A DNA stretch of 64,000 nt from Piromyces finnis finn (GCA_002104945.1 MCFH01000022.1:124001-188000); one strand, 5' to 3'; positions 12,590-23,740 are shown, counted from the first letter of the stretch. Numbers and translations are program-made. Notes: generated by a model from the letters alone, not told the origin.

Positions 12590-13623
12590 TGTAAAAGTTT
12601 TACTAAACTTATAATTTAATATTAAAATATTAAATTAAATAAAAGGTTAAAAGATAACTAGGTTAGAAAAAAAAATATTTTATTAAAATAATCTTAATTG
12701 ATTTATAAATGAATAATTATATTATGTATTATAGTTAAAATAATTCCTTTTTATTTTATTTAAAGAATATATATAATAATAAGATTATTTAATAGTAATA
12801 CTTATTAAGTATTAATAAGATAATAATCTTTACAAAGATTTAATTCATAAAACTATTCTAAACTATTTATACTATTTGTAATTTTACATTCAATAATAAA
12901 ATAACTTTTCAATACATGATTATATTCATAATATATTTTATAATACTTAAACTAAACTTAAGACTTATTCCTAATTATTAAAAAATAACTATTGTTTATA
13001 ATATTCATAATATTAATTATTTCTTAATTATAATATAATTCATTGAATATAATATTAATAATTATAATCCTCTAGTTCAAAGATTATAAATTATGTTGTT
13101 GAAATAATTATTATAAAATAAAGTTAATTAGTTCCGGAAAATAATTTTAATTTAATTAAACAATATTTTTTTATACTTTGAGTGAATGATTTATGTTTGA
13201 TATATCAGGGGTGATCATTCTCTGAATAAACAATTAATCATTGCTAACAAAATATCTTTAAATTGGAATATCTCGTGAACCAGCAGAGATATTGACCTGA
13301 TTTTAAGATATGTTGTTTGTCTCGAGCGTGGCTTTCTAACGAACGTAATTATAACCAAAACATTTTTATTCAAAAATCGTCATTCGTTGAGGAGATACGC
13401 GTGTTTTTTCTTATTCCATTTTAACGATAAGGGTTAAAGTTATTTATTATAAAAATTATTAAGGGTTAAGGTCATATTTTAACCTTTTCTAAATTTTTAA
13501 ATATTTCTTAATAAAATTTTATAATTTATTTGAAAATAAAATATTTGTTGATTTTGAATTTTCATAAGTGATTTCACAATTCCAAGTGATCTTGAAATTG
13601 TAATTTCACTAGTATTCGTGACA
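12590..13623 (-). repeat. 3' LTR of B
   Basis: TG...CA; purine-rich tract GGCGGAGCGA immediately upstream on the minus strand. Confidence 0.95.
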
Positions 13624-14544
13624 TCGCTCCGCCAAAAAAAATCGAATACCAGGCGATTGAAATAATATAAAATAAAGTTGTATAATAAAGTATAATTGAA
13701 ATAAATTGAAGTAGTATATATTAAATATAAACCAATATATAGTTGTATGTGTAACATGAAATAAAATGGTAACTAAATAAAGAATATATTTAATATAATA
13801 TGTTGAATATATTGCAATATATGAAATAAAATTAAAAAACATTTTCTTGTGTAACATACAGTCAAATTCATAAAATTTTTGAAAGAAATGTTGAAATTTA
13901 AATTGATCATTGAGTGAAAAAATTGAAATTCGTACGAAAAATTAAAATTTGAATAAGAAATATTATTCCTAGGATATTGAAACACTTTTTATTTTTGAAA
14001 AATGTTAACATTTGCTAAAATAATTGAAATTTCAAAAATTGATCAAATAAACTTTAATTAATATGATTTTGAAAAAAAAAATTTTTTGAAATTTTTGAAA
14101 AATTTTTAATAATAAAAAATTTTTTCATTAAATACAAAAAAAATTTTGAACTAAACTTTTTGAAAAAATGTCACTGAAAAATATTGATTTTAATGATCGA
14201 TCGAGATAGTGACAATATTGAAATTGATACTATTGAATAGAGAATAAAATAAGCATTAACAACATATAAATATTTGTAATTGTACTGCTAAAATAAATTG
14301 AAAATTATTCTCTTTAAATATTTAATTTTCATTATAAAAATTTTGTGTTTTAAATTAAATAAATTGATAAAATTGTTGGATCAAAAATTATTGAATTGAA
14401 ATTTAACATTCATAGAAAAAAATTTTTGAAATTTGTGTTGAAATGTATTAGATGAGTAATACAAATTATAATAAAACATAATGTTAGTGAAAGATATTAA
14501 TAAATTTTTAAAAAAATAAAATTGATGAAATGCAATTTAAAGAA

Positions 14545-17500
14545 TTAGATTTTGTGTTTTCTAATACTTTTATTGAATTGAATTAATAATTCTTGATATC
14601 TTGGGTTACTTTCTATTACTGTAGCAGGAACCCAGTGCCAACTTAGGCGGTGTTTATAACGAATTTTATATTCGTAGCGTTTTTCTTTATAATTTGTCCT
14701 AAAGTCGCCAATTTCTATAATTTCTGCATTAGTTTCTTTATATTTAAATCTATTTTTAAATTTATCTGGCGTAGATACATAAGGTTCAAGTTCCGATATG
14801 TGAAATACAGGGTGGTGTTTTGGAAAAGGTGATTTTGAAATATCTATTTTATAATTACCATTGTTTAAAACTTCTAAAACCTTGTAAGGACCATACTTAC
14901 GAGGCGCTAGTTTGGCATTTTCAGTAGTAGCAAAAGCAGGAGGTGCATGAATCCAAACTTTTTGTCCTTCATTCAATTCAGGAGCAATAATTCTTTTCTT
15001 ATCGGCAGCTCTTTTGTATAAATCTTGAGATCTAAGCAAAACATCTTTAACTAAAAGGAAATTTTTACTAACATCTTTAATGTATTTAAAGTTTGAATCA
15101 GAACCTTGAAACAAAAAGACATCATCCATAGGTGGGTGGAATCCATAATTAATGAAAAATGGAGTTTGTTTTGTAGATTCATGAACAATATTATTATAAA
15201 CAAATTCAGCTAGATGTAACCATTCAATCCAGTCATCGTGGAAAAATGTTCTTGAATAGCAACGTAAATATTGTTCAATGAAAGAGTTACAACGTTCTAC
15301 TTGACCAACGGTCTCATGGTGATCTGTGGTAGCTATTTTTGGCTTAACACGCAATTTTTCCATAATTTCTATCCATAAAGCACTAGTAAATTGTGTTCCT
15401 CTGTCCGTATAAATATCTGTAGGTAGTCCATGGAGTTTAAAAATATTTTTTAGGAAAGCTTTGGCAGTTTCTTCAGCTGTAGGTATTTCTTTGAACGGAA
15501 TAAGGTGAATCATTTTTGAAAAGCGATCTACAACAACCATTATAACGGAAAACTTTTTTGATTCAGGGAGACCACAAAGAAAATCGATTTCAATAGATTT
15601 CCAAGGGCGATCAGGAATTTCTAAAGGTCTTAAAAGATCATATCTTTTATGTCTATTAACTTTATTTCTGGAACATTGTTCGCAAGAATTGACAAAATTT
15701 ACGATATCTTGATGCATTTTGGGCCACCAAAAATTACGGTTAATTAGTTCTTCAGTTCTTCGAATACCTAAATGTCCAGCAGTAGCGTTATCATGGTACC
15801 TGGTTAAAATATCTACATGAAGTTTTTCTGGTACATAAATTAAATTATTATATAAAATTAAATTATTTTTTATTTTAAATTTTTCCATTTTTCTGAAAGG
15901 TCTGTAAAAGTAACCTTGATTAGCATTATTAGGACTAAAGTAAAGATAAATATTATTCGCATTTTCATCATCCTTATAATTTTCTATTATTTGATCAATG
16001 AGAGAACCAACAATACCAACAAAACATGGAGTATCGGGAACGTTTTTATAATCTAATATATGTTCTGGTTTAGGTTCAACATTATTTTTCTCGTAATCAG
16101 GTCTTCTTGATAAACTATCAGGTTTACCATTTTTTCTTCCTTGGCGGTATATTAATTGAAAATTATATTCTTGGAAAAATAAATGCCAACGATGTTGACG
16201 TTGGTTTCCGACTTTACCACCTAAGGTGTATAGAAGGTTTTTATGGTCAGTAAAAACGGTTACTTGGTATTTAGCACCTAGTAATAAATGTCTCCAGGTA
16301 GAAAATGCACATTTTATAGCTAAAAGTTCCTTTTCAGTAATTGAATAATTTAATTCAGCATTGTTTAAACATCTTGAATAATATGCTACAGGATGTAATT
16401 TGTTATCTTCATCCTTTTGAGAAAGTATACAACCAATGGCAAAATTACTAGCATCGCATTCGACAATAAATGGTTTGGTTGGATCTGGATGTAATAAAAT
16501 AGGTGAAGAGATTAGTCTCTTTTTTAATTCTAAAAATGAGTTATTACATTTATCATTCCAATTAAAACTAGTATTTTTCTTTGTTAAATTGTGAAGCGGT
16601 TTAGCAATAGTAGCAAAATCTTTTATAAATCTTCTATAATAGTTGCATAATCCAACAAAGCGTTGAACATCTTTTACACAATTAGGTGTAGGCCATTCTT
16701 GGACAGATTTAATTTTCTTTGGATCAGTAGATATACCATTGCCTGATATAACGTGTCCTAAAAATTCAACTTCTGGCTTGTGAAATTCACATTTCTTTAA
16801 TTTAGCAAATAAATTATTTTTGAGCAGTGTTTGGAGAACAGTACGAACATGTTGTATATGTTCATCTAATGTTTCCGAGTAAATCAGAATATCATCTAAA
16901 TATAAAATAACAAATTTTTCTAAATAAGGGCGTAATACTGAATTAATAAATGATTGAAATGTAGCAGGGGCATTTCTTAGACCAAAAGGCATTACTAAAT
17001 ATTCATAGTGACCATATTTAGTTCTAAAAGCTGTCTTATATTCGTCTCCTTCACGAATACGCACTAAATTGTAAGCAGAACGAAGATCTAATTTTGAAAA
17101 AAATTTAGCACCTTTCACTCTTTCGATAATATCAGTAATTAGAGGAAGTGGGTAAGAATTGCGAATTGTAACTGCATTTAATTTTTTGTAATCAATACAA
17201 AGACGTAACGATCCATCCTTCTTTTTCTGAAATAAAACAGGATAACCAGCTGGAGATTCAAATGGTCTAATGAATCCTTTCTTGAGATTTTCATCTATGT
17301 ATTCTTTAAGAACTTGGGATTCATCTTCAGATAGAGGATATATAGGACCATAATGTAAAGAAGCATCTTTTTGTAAAACGATTTTACAATCCGTTAGCCT
17401 ATGTGGTGGTAGTTTATCAGCCTTAACCTTGCTGAAAACTTCCGCTAAATCACGATATGGTTCTGGTACTTCTTCTAATTTGAAGTCTTCTTCATTATCA

Positions 17501-18150
17501 TCTTCATCATCAGTATTATAATCTTTTTCACTATTAGCTAAAAATGAGTGAATAAAGTAATTATAGCTGAAATTTTGATATTTTGGTTTAGAGTAATTTT
17601 TCAAATTATTAAAAGATGTATTGGAAGTTAATTTATTATGATTAATGTTTTTAATTTTTAAATTTTTGGATTTATTCAATCGGTTTTTATTAATTTTATA
17701 TATAATTTTATTAGAATTTAATTTTTTAAAATTGTTAAAATTTAAACTTGAATATACAAAATTTTTATTATAATTAAAATGTAGTTGATATTTGTGTAAA
17801 AATTTATTGCCTAATAACAAATCTGTTGGAAGATTTTTAATAATTAGAAATTTTTCTTTAAAAGTAATTAAAAATTTTGAATGATTAATATAAATAGTAG
17901 TCTTAAAATATAAGAAGGTGTATGTATCAATAAATATTGAACCACTAATTCCATTTATTTCAATTGAGTGTAATAATTTGTGTGGTTTTAGTTTTAATTT
18001 ATTGACCAAGTTGATTGAAATAAAGTTGCAATATGAGCCACTATCTAAAATTAAATTGTATTGATTTTTATTAATTGAATTTTTTAAATCATAAAGTTTG
18101 TTTAATTTAATTGGGATAAAAAATTTTAAGTTGAAAAATGTTGTAGGCAA
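14545..18150 (-). CDS. pol: Pol of element B (protease, RT, RNase H, integrase, degenerate chromodomain)
   Basis: ILDSGS, YLDD, HxxxxxGH...C-C zinc finger, GPY motif. The track start is TTG, not ATG; the frame stays open up to the slippery site at 18246-18252. Confidence 0.95.
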   Translation of the reverse strand: MPTTFFNLKFFIPIKLNKLYDLKNSINKNQYNLILDSGSYCNFISINLVNKLKLKPHKLLHSIEINGISGSIFIDTYTFLYFKTTIYINHSKFLITFKEKFLIIKNLPTDLLLGNKFLHKYQLHFNYNKNFVYSSLNFNNFKKLNSNKIIYKINKNRLNKSKNLKIKNINHNKLTSNTSFNNLKNYSKPKYQNFSYNYFIHSFLANSEKDYNTDDEDDNEEDFKLEEVPEPYRDLAEVFSKVKADKLPPHRLTDCKIVLQKDASLHYGPIYPLSEDESQVLKEYIDENLKKGFIRPFESPAGYPVLFQKKKDGSLRLCIDYKKLNAVTIRNSYPLPLITDIIERVKGAKFFSKLDLRSAYNLVRIREGDEYKTAFRTKYGHYEYLVMPFGLRNAPATFQSFINSVLRPYLEKFVILYLDDILIYSETLDEHIQHVRTVLQTLLKNNLFAKLKKCEFHKPEVEFLGHVISGNGISTDPKKIKSVQEWPTPNCVKDVQRFVGLCNYYRRFIKDFATIAKPLHNLTKKNTSFNWNDKCNNSFLELKKRLISSPILLHPDPTKPFIVECDASNFAIGCILSQKDEDNKLHPVAYYSRCLNNAELNYSITEKELLAIKCAFSTWRHLLLGAKYQVTVFTDHKNLLYTLGGKVGNQRQHRWHLFFQEYNFQLIYRQGRKNGKPDSLSRRPDYEKNNVEPKPEHILDYKNVPDTPCFVGIVGSLIDQIIENYKDDENANNIYLYFSPNNANQGYFYRPFRKMEKFKIKNNLILYNNLIYVPEKLHVDILTRYHDNATAGHLGIRRTEELINRNFWWPKMHQDIVNFVNSCEQCSRNKVNRHKRYDLLRPLEIPDRPWKSIEIDFLCGLPESKKFSVIMVVVDRFSKMIHLIPFKEIPTAEETAKAFLKNIFKLHGLPTDIYTDRGTQFTSALWIEIMEKLRVKPKIATTDHHETVGQVERCNSFIEQYLRCYSRTFFHDDWIEWLHLAEFVYNNIVHESTKQTPFFINYGFHPPMDDVFLFQGSDSNFKYIKDVSKNFLLVKDVLLRSQDLYKRAADKKRIIAPELNEGQKVWIHAPPAFATTENAKLAPRKYGPYKVLEVLNNGNYKIDISKSPFPKHHPVFHISELEPYVSTPDKFKNRFKYKETNAEIIEIGDFRTNYKEKRYEYKIRYKHRLSWHWVPATVIESNPRYQELLIQFNKSIRKHKI

Positions 18151-18165
18151 TTTTTTATTTATTTT

Positions 18166-18252
18166 AGAGTCATATGTAGGAAAGTTGTAATGTATTATTT
18201 TTGTATTATGAACTCTCTTAGACTCTCTTGAGAGTTCATTTCTTAGTTTTTT
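18166..18252 (-). promoter_or_regulatory. -1 ribosomal frameshift signal of B (A AAA AAC plus hairpin/pseudoknot)
   Basis: Heptamer directly before the gag stop, 6-nt spacer, perfect 10-bp stem, possible 6-bp second stem. Confidence 0.8.
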
Positions 18253-19151
18253 GAGTTCATCTTTTGAACTTTATTGACATAATTATTATTATTGTTTGAA
18301 TTTTGATAATGGGTTTTATTCTTATTGAATTTCCTATTGTTTCTCTTATTGTAATGTTGATTTTTATTATTATTATTATTGATATTTAATTTATTATTAG
18401 TAGCAAGAGAATTTTCAAAAATTATACACTTTGTAACCATTTCACTTAAAGTGTTAGGTAAAATATCAGCTTTCTTAATTTCATTCTTATATTTTGGATG
18501 TAAACCATTTAAAAATATTAGTGAAAGACTAATGTCATCTATCTCTAAACAACGACTTAAATCTCTAAATTTGTTAATATAATCGTTCACTTTTCCATAA
18601 GCTTGTCTTAATTCTATTAATTGAATCATGGCTAATTTGGTACTGGTAACATTTGAAAAAGCTTTGTTTAATTCACTTAATAGTTCGTTCATAGTCATAG
18701 GAGTAATACCATCTTTATATTTAATATGATACCAAGTTCTGGCAGAATCACGTAATCTAACAACAACAAAGTTAATTTTTACTTCTTCAGATAGTTGATT
18801 GTTAGGTGGAGTTTTAAAGGTAGCTTGGCAGAGTTCGCAGAATAACTCAGTCTGAGTAGTATCACCAGTAAAGAATCCTGGATCTGGTACTTGTTTGATA
18901 GGATAGGTTCTATTACGCATTATAACATCATGATCTTCATCATAATCAGTAGAAGATTCCTCGGTTTCAGTATAATTAGCACGACTCTTAAGTTCCTTTA
19001 ACATAGCATCCATACGTTCTAACAAGGAGGTGGTATTTTTATCCAATTGTTGAGTGATATACTTGTCTAATTCACCACAAAGATTTTTCTTAAATTCTTC
19101 TAAATCTTGAGGCTTTAGGAATTGTTGAACTGGTTTAGGTGTTGGTTGAGT

Positions 19152-19154
<3 letters not shown>
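18243..19154 (-). CDS. gag: Gag of element B (303 aa, no CCHC knuckle)
   Basis: Retrotransposon gag-like motifs RLRDSARTWY and FLNGLHPKYK; position between the PBS and pol. Confidence 0.9.
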
Positions 19155-19199
<45 letters not shown>

Positions 19200-19240
19200 A
19201 AATTAAGTTTTTTCCTAAGGTAGTTATGGTAAAAAACGCG

Positions 19241-19251
19241 GTAAAGATTAT
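19241..19251 (-). promoter_or_regulatory. Self-priming PBS of B (ATAATCTTTAC)
   Basis: Abuts the 5' LTR; exact complement at 19485-19495. Confidence 0.8.
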
Positions 19252-20285
19252 TGTAAAAGTTTTACTAAACTTATAATTTAATATTAAAATATTAAATTAA
19301 ATAAAAGGTTAAAAGATAACTAGGTTAGAAAAAAAAATGTTTTATTAAAATAATCTTAATTGATTTATAAATGAATAATTATATTATGTATTATAGTTAA
19401 AATAATTCCTTTTTATTTTATTTAAAGAATATATATAATAATAAGATTATTTAATAGTAATACTTATTAAGTATTAATAAGATAATAATCTTTACAAAGA
19501 TTTAATTCATAAAACTATTCTAAACTATTTATACTATTTGTAATTTTACATTCAATAATAAAATAACTTTTCAATACATGATTATATTCATAATATATTT
19601 TATAATACTTAAACTAAACTTAAGACTTATTCCTAATTATTAAAAAATAACTATTGTTTATAATATTCATAATATTAATTATTTCTTAATTATAATATAA
19701 TTCATTGAATATAATATTAATAATTATAATCCTCTAGTTCAAAGATTATAAATTATGTTGTTGAAATAATTATTATAAAATAAAGTTAATTAGTTCCGGA
19801 AAATAATTTTAATTTAATTAAACAATATTTTTTTATACTTTGAGTGAATGATTTATGTTTGATATATCAGGGGTGATCATTCTCTGAATAAACAATTAAT
19901 CATTGCTAACAAAATATCTTTAAATTGGAATATCTCGTGAACCAGCAGAGATATTGACCTGATTTTAAGATATGTTGTTTGTCTCGAGCGTGGCTTTCTA
20001 ACGAACGTAATTATAACCAAAACATTTTTATTCAAAAATCGTCATTCGTTGAGGAGATACGCGTGTTTTTTCTTATTCCATTTTAACGATAAGGGTTAAA
20101 GTTATTTATTATAAAAATTATTAAGGGTTAAGGTCATATTTTAACCTTTTCTAAATTTTTAAATATTTCTTAATAAAATTTTATAATTTATTTGAAAATA
20201 AAATATTTGTTGATTTTGAATTTTCATAAGTGATTTCACAATTCCAAGTGATCTTGAAATTGTAATTTCACTAGTATTCGTGACA
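19252..20285 (-). repeat. 5' LTR of B
   Basis: Near-identical to 12590-13623. Confidence 0.95.
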
Positions 20286-20351
20286 ATTATTCATAAAATA
20301 TTTAAAATATTATATTTTTCTATGCATCTTGTATCAATATTAACATATGAG

Positions 20352-20422
20352 GCGTTAATAGTATAGAGGTAGAATATTTGCCTTCCAAGCAAATGGCCCG
20401 GGTTCGATTCCCGGTTAACGCA
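20352..20422 (+). tRNA. tRNA-Gly(UCC)
   Basis: Cloverleaf: acceptor GCGTTAA/TTAACGC, anticodon arm TTTGC-CT-TCC-AA-GCAAA, T-loop TTCGATT. Confidence 0.95.
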
Positions 20423-20430
20423 ATTGTAAT

Positions 20431-20502
20431 GCCTGTTTGGCTTAGTGGTAGAGCGTCGCTCTTGTAAAGCGAAGGTCGGTGGTTCAATTCCGTCAATAGG
20501 CA
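20431..20502 (+). tRNA. tRNA-Thr(UGU)
   Basis: Cloverleaf: acceptor GCCTGTT/AATAGGC, anticodon arm TCGCT-CT-TGT-AA-AGCGA; TTTT at 20507-20510. Confidence 0.93.
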
Positions 20503-21127
20503 TTAATTTTAAAAAAACTTGTTAATTATTTTTTTGTACATTTTTTCTTAAATATAAATGAAATATAGTAATTTTGAAACTATTAATTGATTAAATATTA
20601 ATATAATAATATTTTGCCACTAGTTCGAATATGCACCCCTAGGTTTTGTGATATGTTAGGTTATATTGTTAAGATCGAGAATTCTAATTTATTATCATAA
20701 TAATGACACTAATCTTGCCTACCTGAGATGGACAAGTATACATGGTACATTTTAAATTAGAAGATTAATAATGTGTGTTGACATAAATAAACAAACCAAA
20801 AACGCAAGCAACATTCCTTTCTCGTAATAAATGGAACATTGCGGTGGTTAATATGCATGGTCTACAGGATCATATGTGACAAAATCATATAAATAAAGAA
20901 TATAGTACAATTATTAATTATGTAAATGTATTAAGGAGCGTTTAGGCTGAAATTTCAATATAACAGACCAGAAAGGTCATAACCATTTAGCAATAAGAAA
21001 CAGTAGACATTTTCCAATAGCCATTATTACGATTATTTTAATAAATAGGAGAAATGTATTTTGTGGTTAAAAAATAATAATATATTAATGATAGTTTACT
21101 TTATAAAATATTTTAAATTATAAAAGA

Positions 21128-21129
<2 letters not shown>

Positions 21130-21179
<50 letters not shown>

Positions 21180-21208
21180 TTTATTATTATTATTATTATT
21201 ATTATTAA

Positions 21209-21290
<82 letters not shown>

Positions 21291-21296
21291 TTTATT
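21130..21296. repeat. (ATT)n microsatellite with AATTTT interruptions
   Basis: Read directly from the sequence. Confidence 0.95.
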
Positions 21297-21660
21297 AATA
21301 TCAATATTATATTAAAAATAAAAATATAAATAAGAGGAATAAAGAGTAATTTTAAAAATTCTTTGTGTGATTTTTAATATTCATTTTATAGTAAATTTAA
21401 TATTTAAATAATTTGTAATTATCATCTATATGTAATAAAAAAAAATTAAATAAAATAATTCAATAAAAATTTTTAATAATTATTTCTTATTAAAATTTAA
21501 CAATATTACTTTATTATATAATTAATAGAATATATCCTAACTTTTAAACTTAATAACTTAAATCCAATTAAACTCTTAATAATTCACACATTTACTTAAT
21601 AAAATAAATTTATATATTTTATATTCATATTTTAATACTAAGTATAAAAATGTTAGTTAA

Positions 21661-21732
21661 TGGAGATATCGGGGATCGAACCCGAGGCTTCTTGCATGCA
21701 AAGCAAGCACTCTACCACTGAGTTATATCCCC
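21661..21732 (-). tRNA. tRNA-Ala(UGC)
   Basis: GGGGATATAACTCAGTGGTAGAG...TT-TGC-AT...GGTTCGATCCCCGATATCTCCA; T5 run about 10 nt downstream. Confidence 0.95.
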
Positions 21733-21747
21733 AGCTTATAATATTTT

Positions 21748-22311
21748 TGATACGTGATAAAATTATATAGTTAAAAATATTAAATTTATATAGTTATTTT
21801 TAAGGGTTAGCAATTATTTAAGAAAAATAATAATTTAATCTATTATTGAATAACCAATAAAATATTATAAAAATTTTATATAAAAATAACAAAAATTCAC
21901 TTTTATTAAGAAAAGAGAGTTCTTTGATAAATATAATTAATTATTGAGAATTTTTATATCTGTTTTAACTAAAAATATTTTTTATATTAAATATATAAAT
22001 GTACTTAAAATTATTTTTATTAATAAAATAAAAGAGAAAGTTACAAATAAGATTTTTTTTATGTTTAATCCTTTTTTTTTCTTATATTCAAATACTTTGT
22101 GTATAAATTGTTAAAAATAATAAAAGTAAAAGCAAAATAATTAATAACACTAAAAAATAATTATTAGTTATAATATAAATAAATATACAAATAATCATTT
22201 TTTTTTTTATTCTTTTATTAGAATATATTATTTTGTATAAATCCCTTTTGTTCGACTCCTGGAAATAAAATAAATAATTAAATTTATGGTATTATTAAAT
22301 AATACGTACCA
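21748..22311 (+). repeat. 5' LTR of C
   Basis: TGATAC...GTACCA. Confidence 0.95.
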
Positions 22312-22319
22312 TAAATTTT

Positions 22320-22337
22320 TGGTGGAGAATCCGGGCG
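22320..22337 (+). promoter_or_regulatory. Primer binding site TGGTGGAGAATCCGGGCG (tRNA-Ala-like 3' end)
   Basis: TGG start 8 nt after the LTR; its complement reads as T-stem, acceptor stem and ACCA; identical copy at 57339. Confidence 0.85.
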
Positions 22338-22472
22338 AGCAAAACAAAATAATATGAAAAACAATAAAAGATAATAATAATATTTAGAAGAACTTATATA
22401 TATATATATATATAAAAAAAAAAAAAAAAAAAGGAAATATAAATATATAAATAATAAATAAATAAAAAAAAA

Positions 22473-23723
22473 ATGATGGATGCATCAAAATTACAAAGGG
22501 CTATCCCACAGTTAAATGAATATGGAAAGGATGTGGATAGTTGGATGGAAGAATTTTCTCGGATAATGGAAATCTATGACATAACTGAGCCTAGAAGAAT
22601 TTTTATATGGGCTAAGGAGGCTGTTGACTGTGATATTAAAGAAGTATTAAATTCTTTAGTAAAAAGGAGAAACGACGAAATGCATTACCCAAAATTCAAA
22701 GAAATCCAAGTAGCCATAGAAGAGTACTTAGAGATAACTCCTAATGAAAAATGTTCTAACCTAAAACTTCTGAAAATTAGGGATAATGAAACAATAAAAA
22801 ATTTCAACTATAGATATTTAAAATTATACCATCATTTAGATCATGATTATATGAGGTTGATATCTGTAGAAGATTATTTAAATGCTATTAAAACGAGAGT
22901 ATATCCACACTCTCAGGTTATTATTTCAGAATGTGAAACATTAACAGAAGCTTTTAAAGTGGCTGAAAGAGCTGAAAAGGCCGAGAAGAAAACAATGAAT
23001 AATAGTTATATTAACACTAATAATAATGCTAATACTGCTAACATAAACATGTTAACCCAAAACTATGGATATTCCTCTCTTTTGAATCATCCAATATATA
23101 GTACCCTTACTAATCATAGCTACCCAGATGATTATCCTAATATGAATTATGGAAGAAATTATAAGAATATGGATATGTACGATCAACCTAGAAATTTTTA
23201 CAATAATCATAATAATTATAATAATCACTTAGGGTATAGTAATTACAACACTTATGAAAATAGTCCTAACCTCAATAATAGTGGCAATCCTAGAAACAAT
23301 AATCGATTCGGAAATATTAACAAAATAGGATATATTAAAAACGCTAATAATTTTAATCAAACCAAATTTAGTAATTTTCGCAATTTCAATAATAATAACT
23401 CTAATAATGGAAATATTGAATTTAATAAAGATGAAAATGGAAATATTAATGCAGATAACCACCAAGGATATAATAATAATATTAATTATAATAGAAATAA
23501 TACTATTAGTGGAGGGTATAATTCTAACCCTGGCTTACAAAACAATACTTATGGTAATAAGCTTAGGGCCATTCAGTGCTATAGATGTAAACAGCATGGT
23601 CACAAAGCCAGTGTCTGTCCATATTCTATGGAACAGATTAGGATGTTTCAAAACGGTACTAATAATAAAGAAGTAAATAATAAAGATGGAATTAACAATG
23701 TTAAGCATTTAAACTCCAATTAG
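22473..23723 (+). CDS. gag: Gag of element C (416 aa, Asn-rich)
   Basis: Zinc knuckle CYRCKQHGHKASVC; position after the PBS. Confidence 0.92.
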   Translation: MMDASKLQRAIPQLNEYGKDVDSWMEEFSRIMEIYDITEPRRIFIWAKEAVDCDIKEVLNSLVKRRNDEMHYPKFKEIQVAIEEYLEITPNEKCSNLKLLKIRDNETIKNFNYRYLKLYHHLDHDYMRLISVEDYLNAIKTRVYPHSQVIISECETLTEAFKVAERAEKAEKKTMNNSYINTNNNANTANINMLTQNYGYSSLLNHPIYSTLTNHSYPDDYPNMNYGRNYKNMDMYDQPRNFYNNHNNYNNHLGYSNYNTYENSPNLNNSGNPRNNNRFGNINKIGYIKNANNFNQTKFSNFRNFNNNNSNNGNIEFNKDENGNINADNHQGYNNNINYNRNNTISGGYNSNPGLQNNTYGNKLRAIQCYRCKQHGHKASVCPYSMEQIRMFQNGTNNKEVNNKDGINNVKHLNSN

Positions 23724-23740
23724 GGAGAAGGATAACTCCC
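23708..23740 (+). promoter_or_regulatory. -1 frameshift signal of C (T TTA AAC plus GGGAG/CTCCC hairpin)
   Basis: Heptamer in the gag frame; the -1 frame is open from 23708 into pol. Confidence 0.75.

Larger units (their letters stand above)
12590..20285 (-). mobile_element. Complete Ty3/Gypsy chromovirus-type element B
   Basis: Two near-identical 1034-bp LTRs, 5-bp TSD ATTAT, intact gag and pol, ~920-bp 3' UTR. Confidence 0.97.
11876..20336. repeat. Solo LTR, family M, split by element B (11876-12589 plus 20291-20336)
   Basis: The joined halves match the reverse copy at 33007-33790; right end is 15 bp upstream of tRNA-Gly. Confidence 0.85.

Noticed and set aside
20291-20503. 70-aa ORF
   Set aside because: Antisense to the two tRNA genes.
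21113-21304. 63-aa poly-Ile ORF
   Set aside because: Translation of the (ATT)n microsatellite.
22320-22337. Adjacent tRNA-Ala(UGC) as the primer for element C
   Set aside because: Only the first 9 nt match (TGGTGGAGA, then ATCCGGGC versus TATCGGGG); another Ala isoacceptor is more likely.
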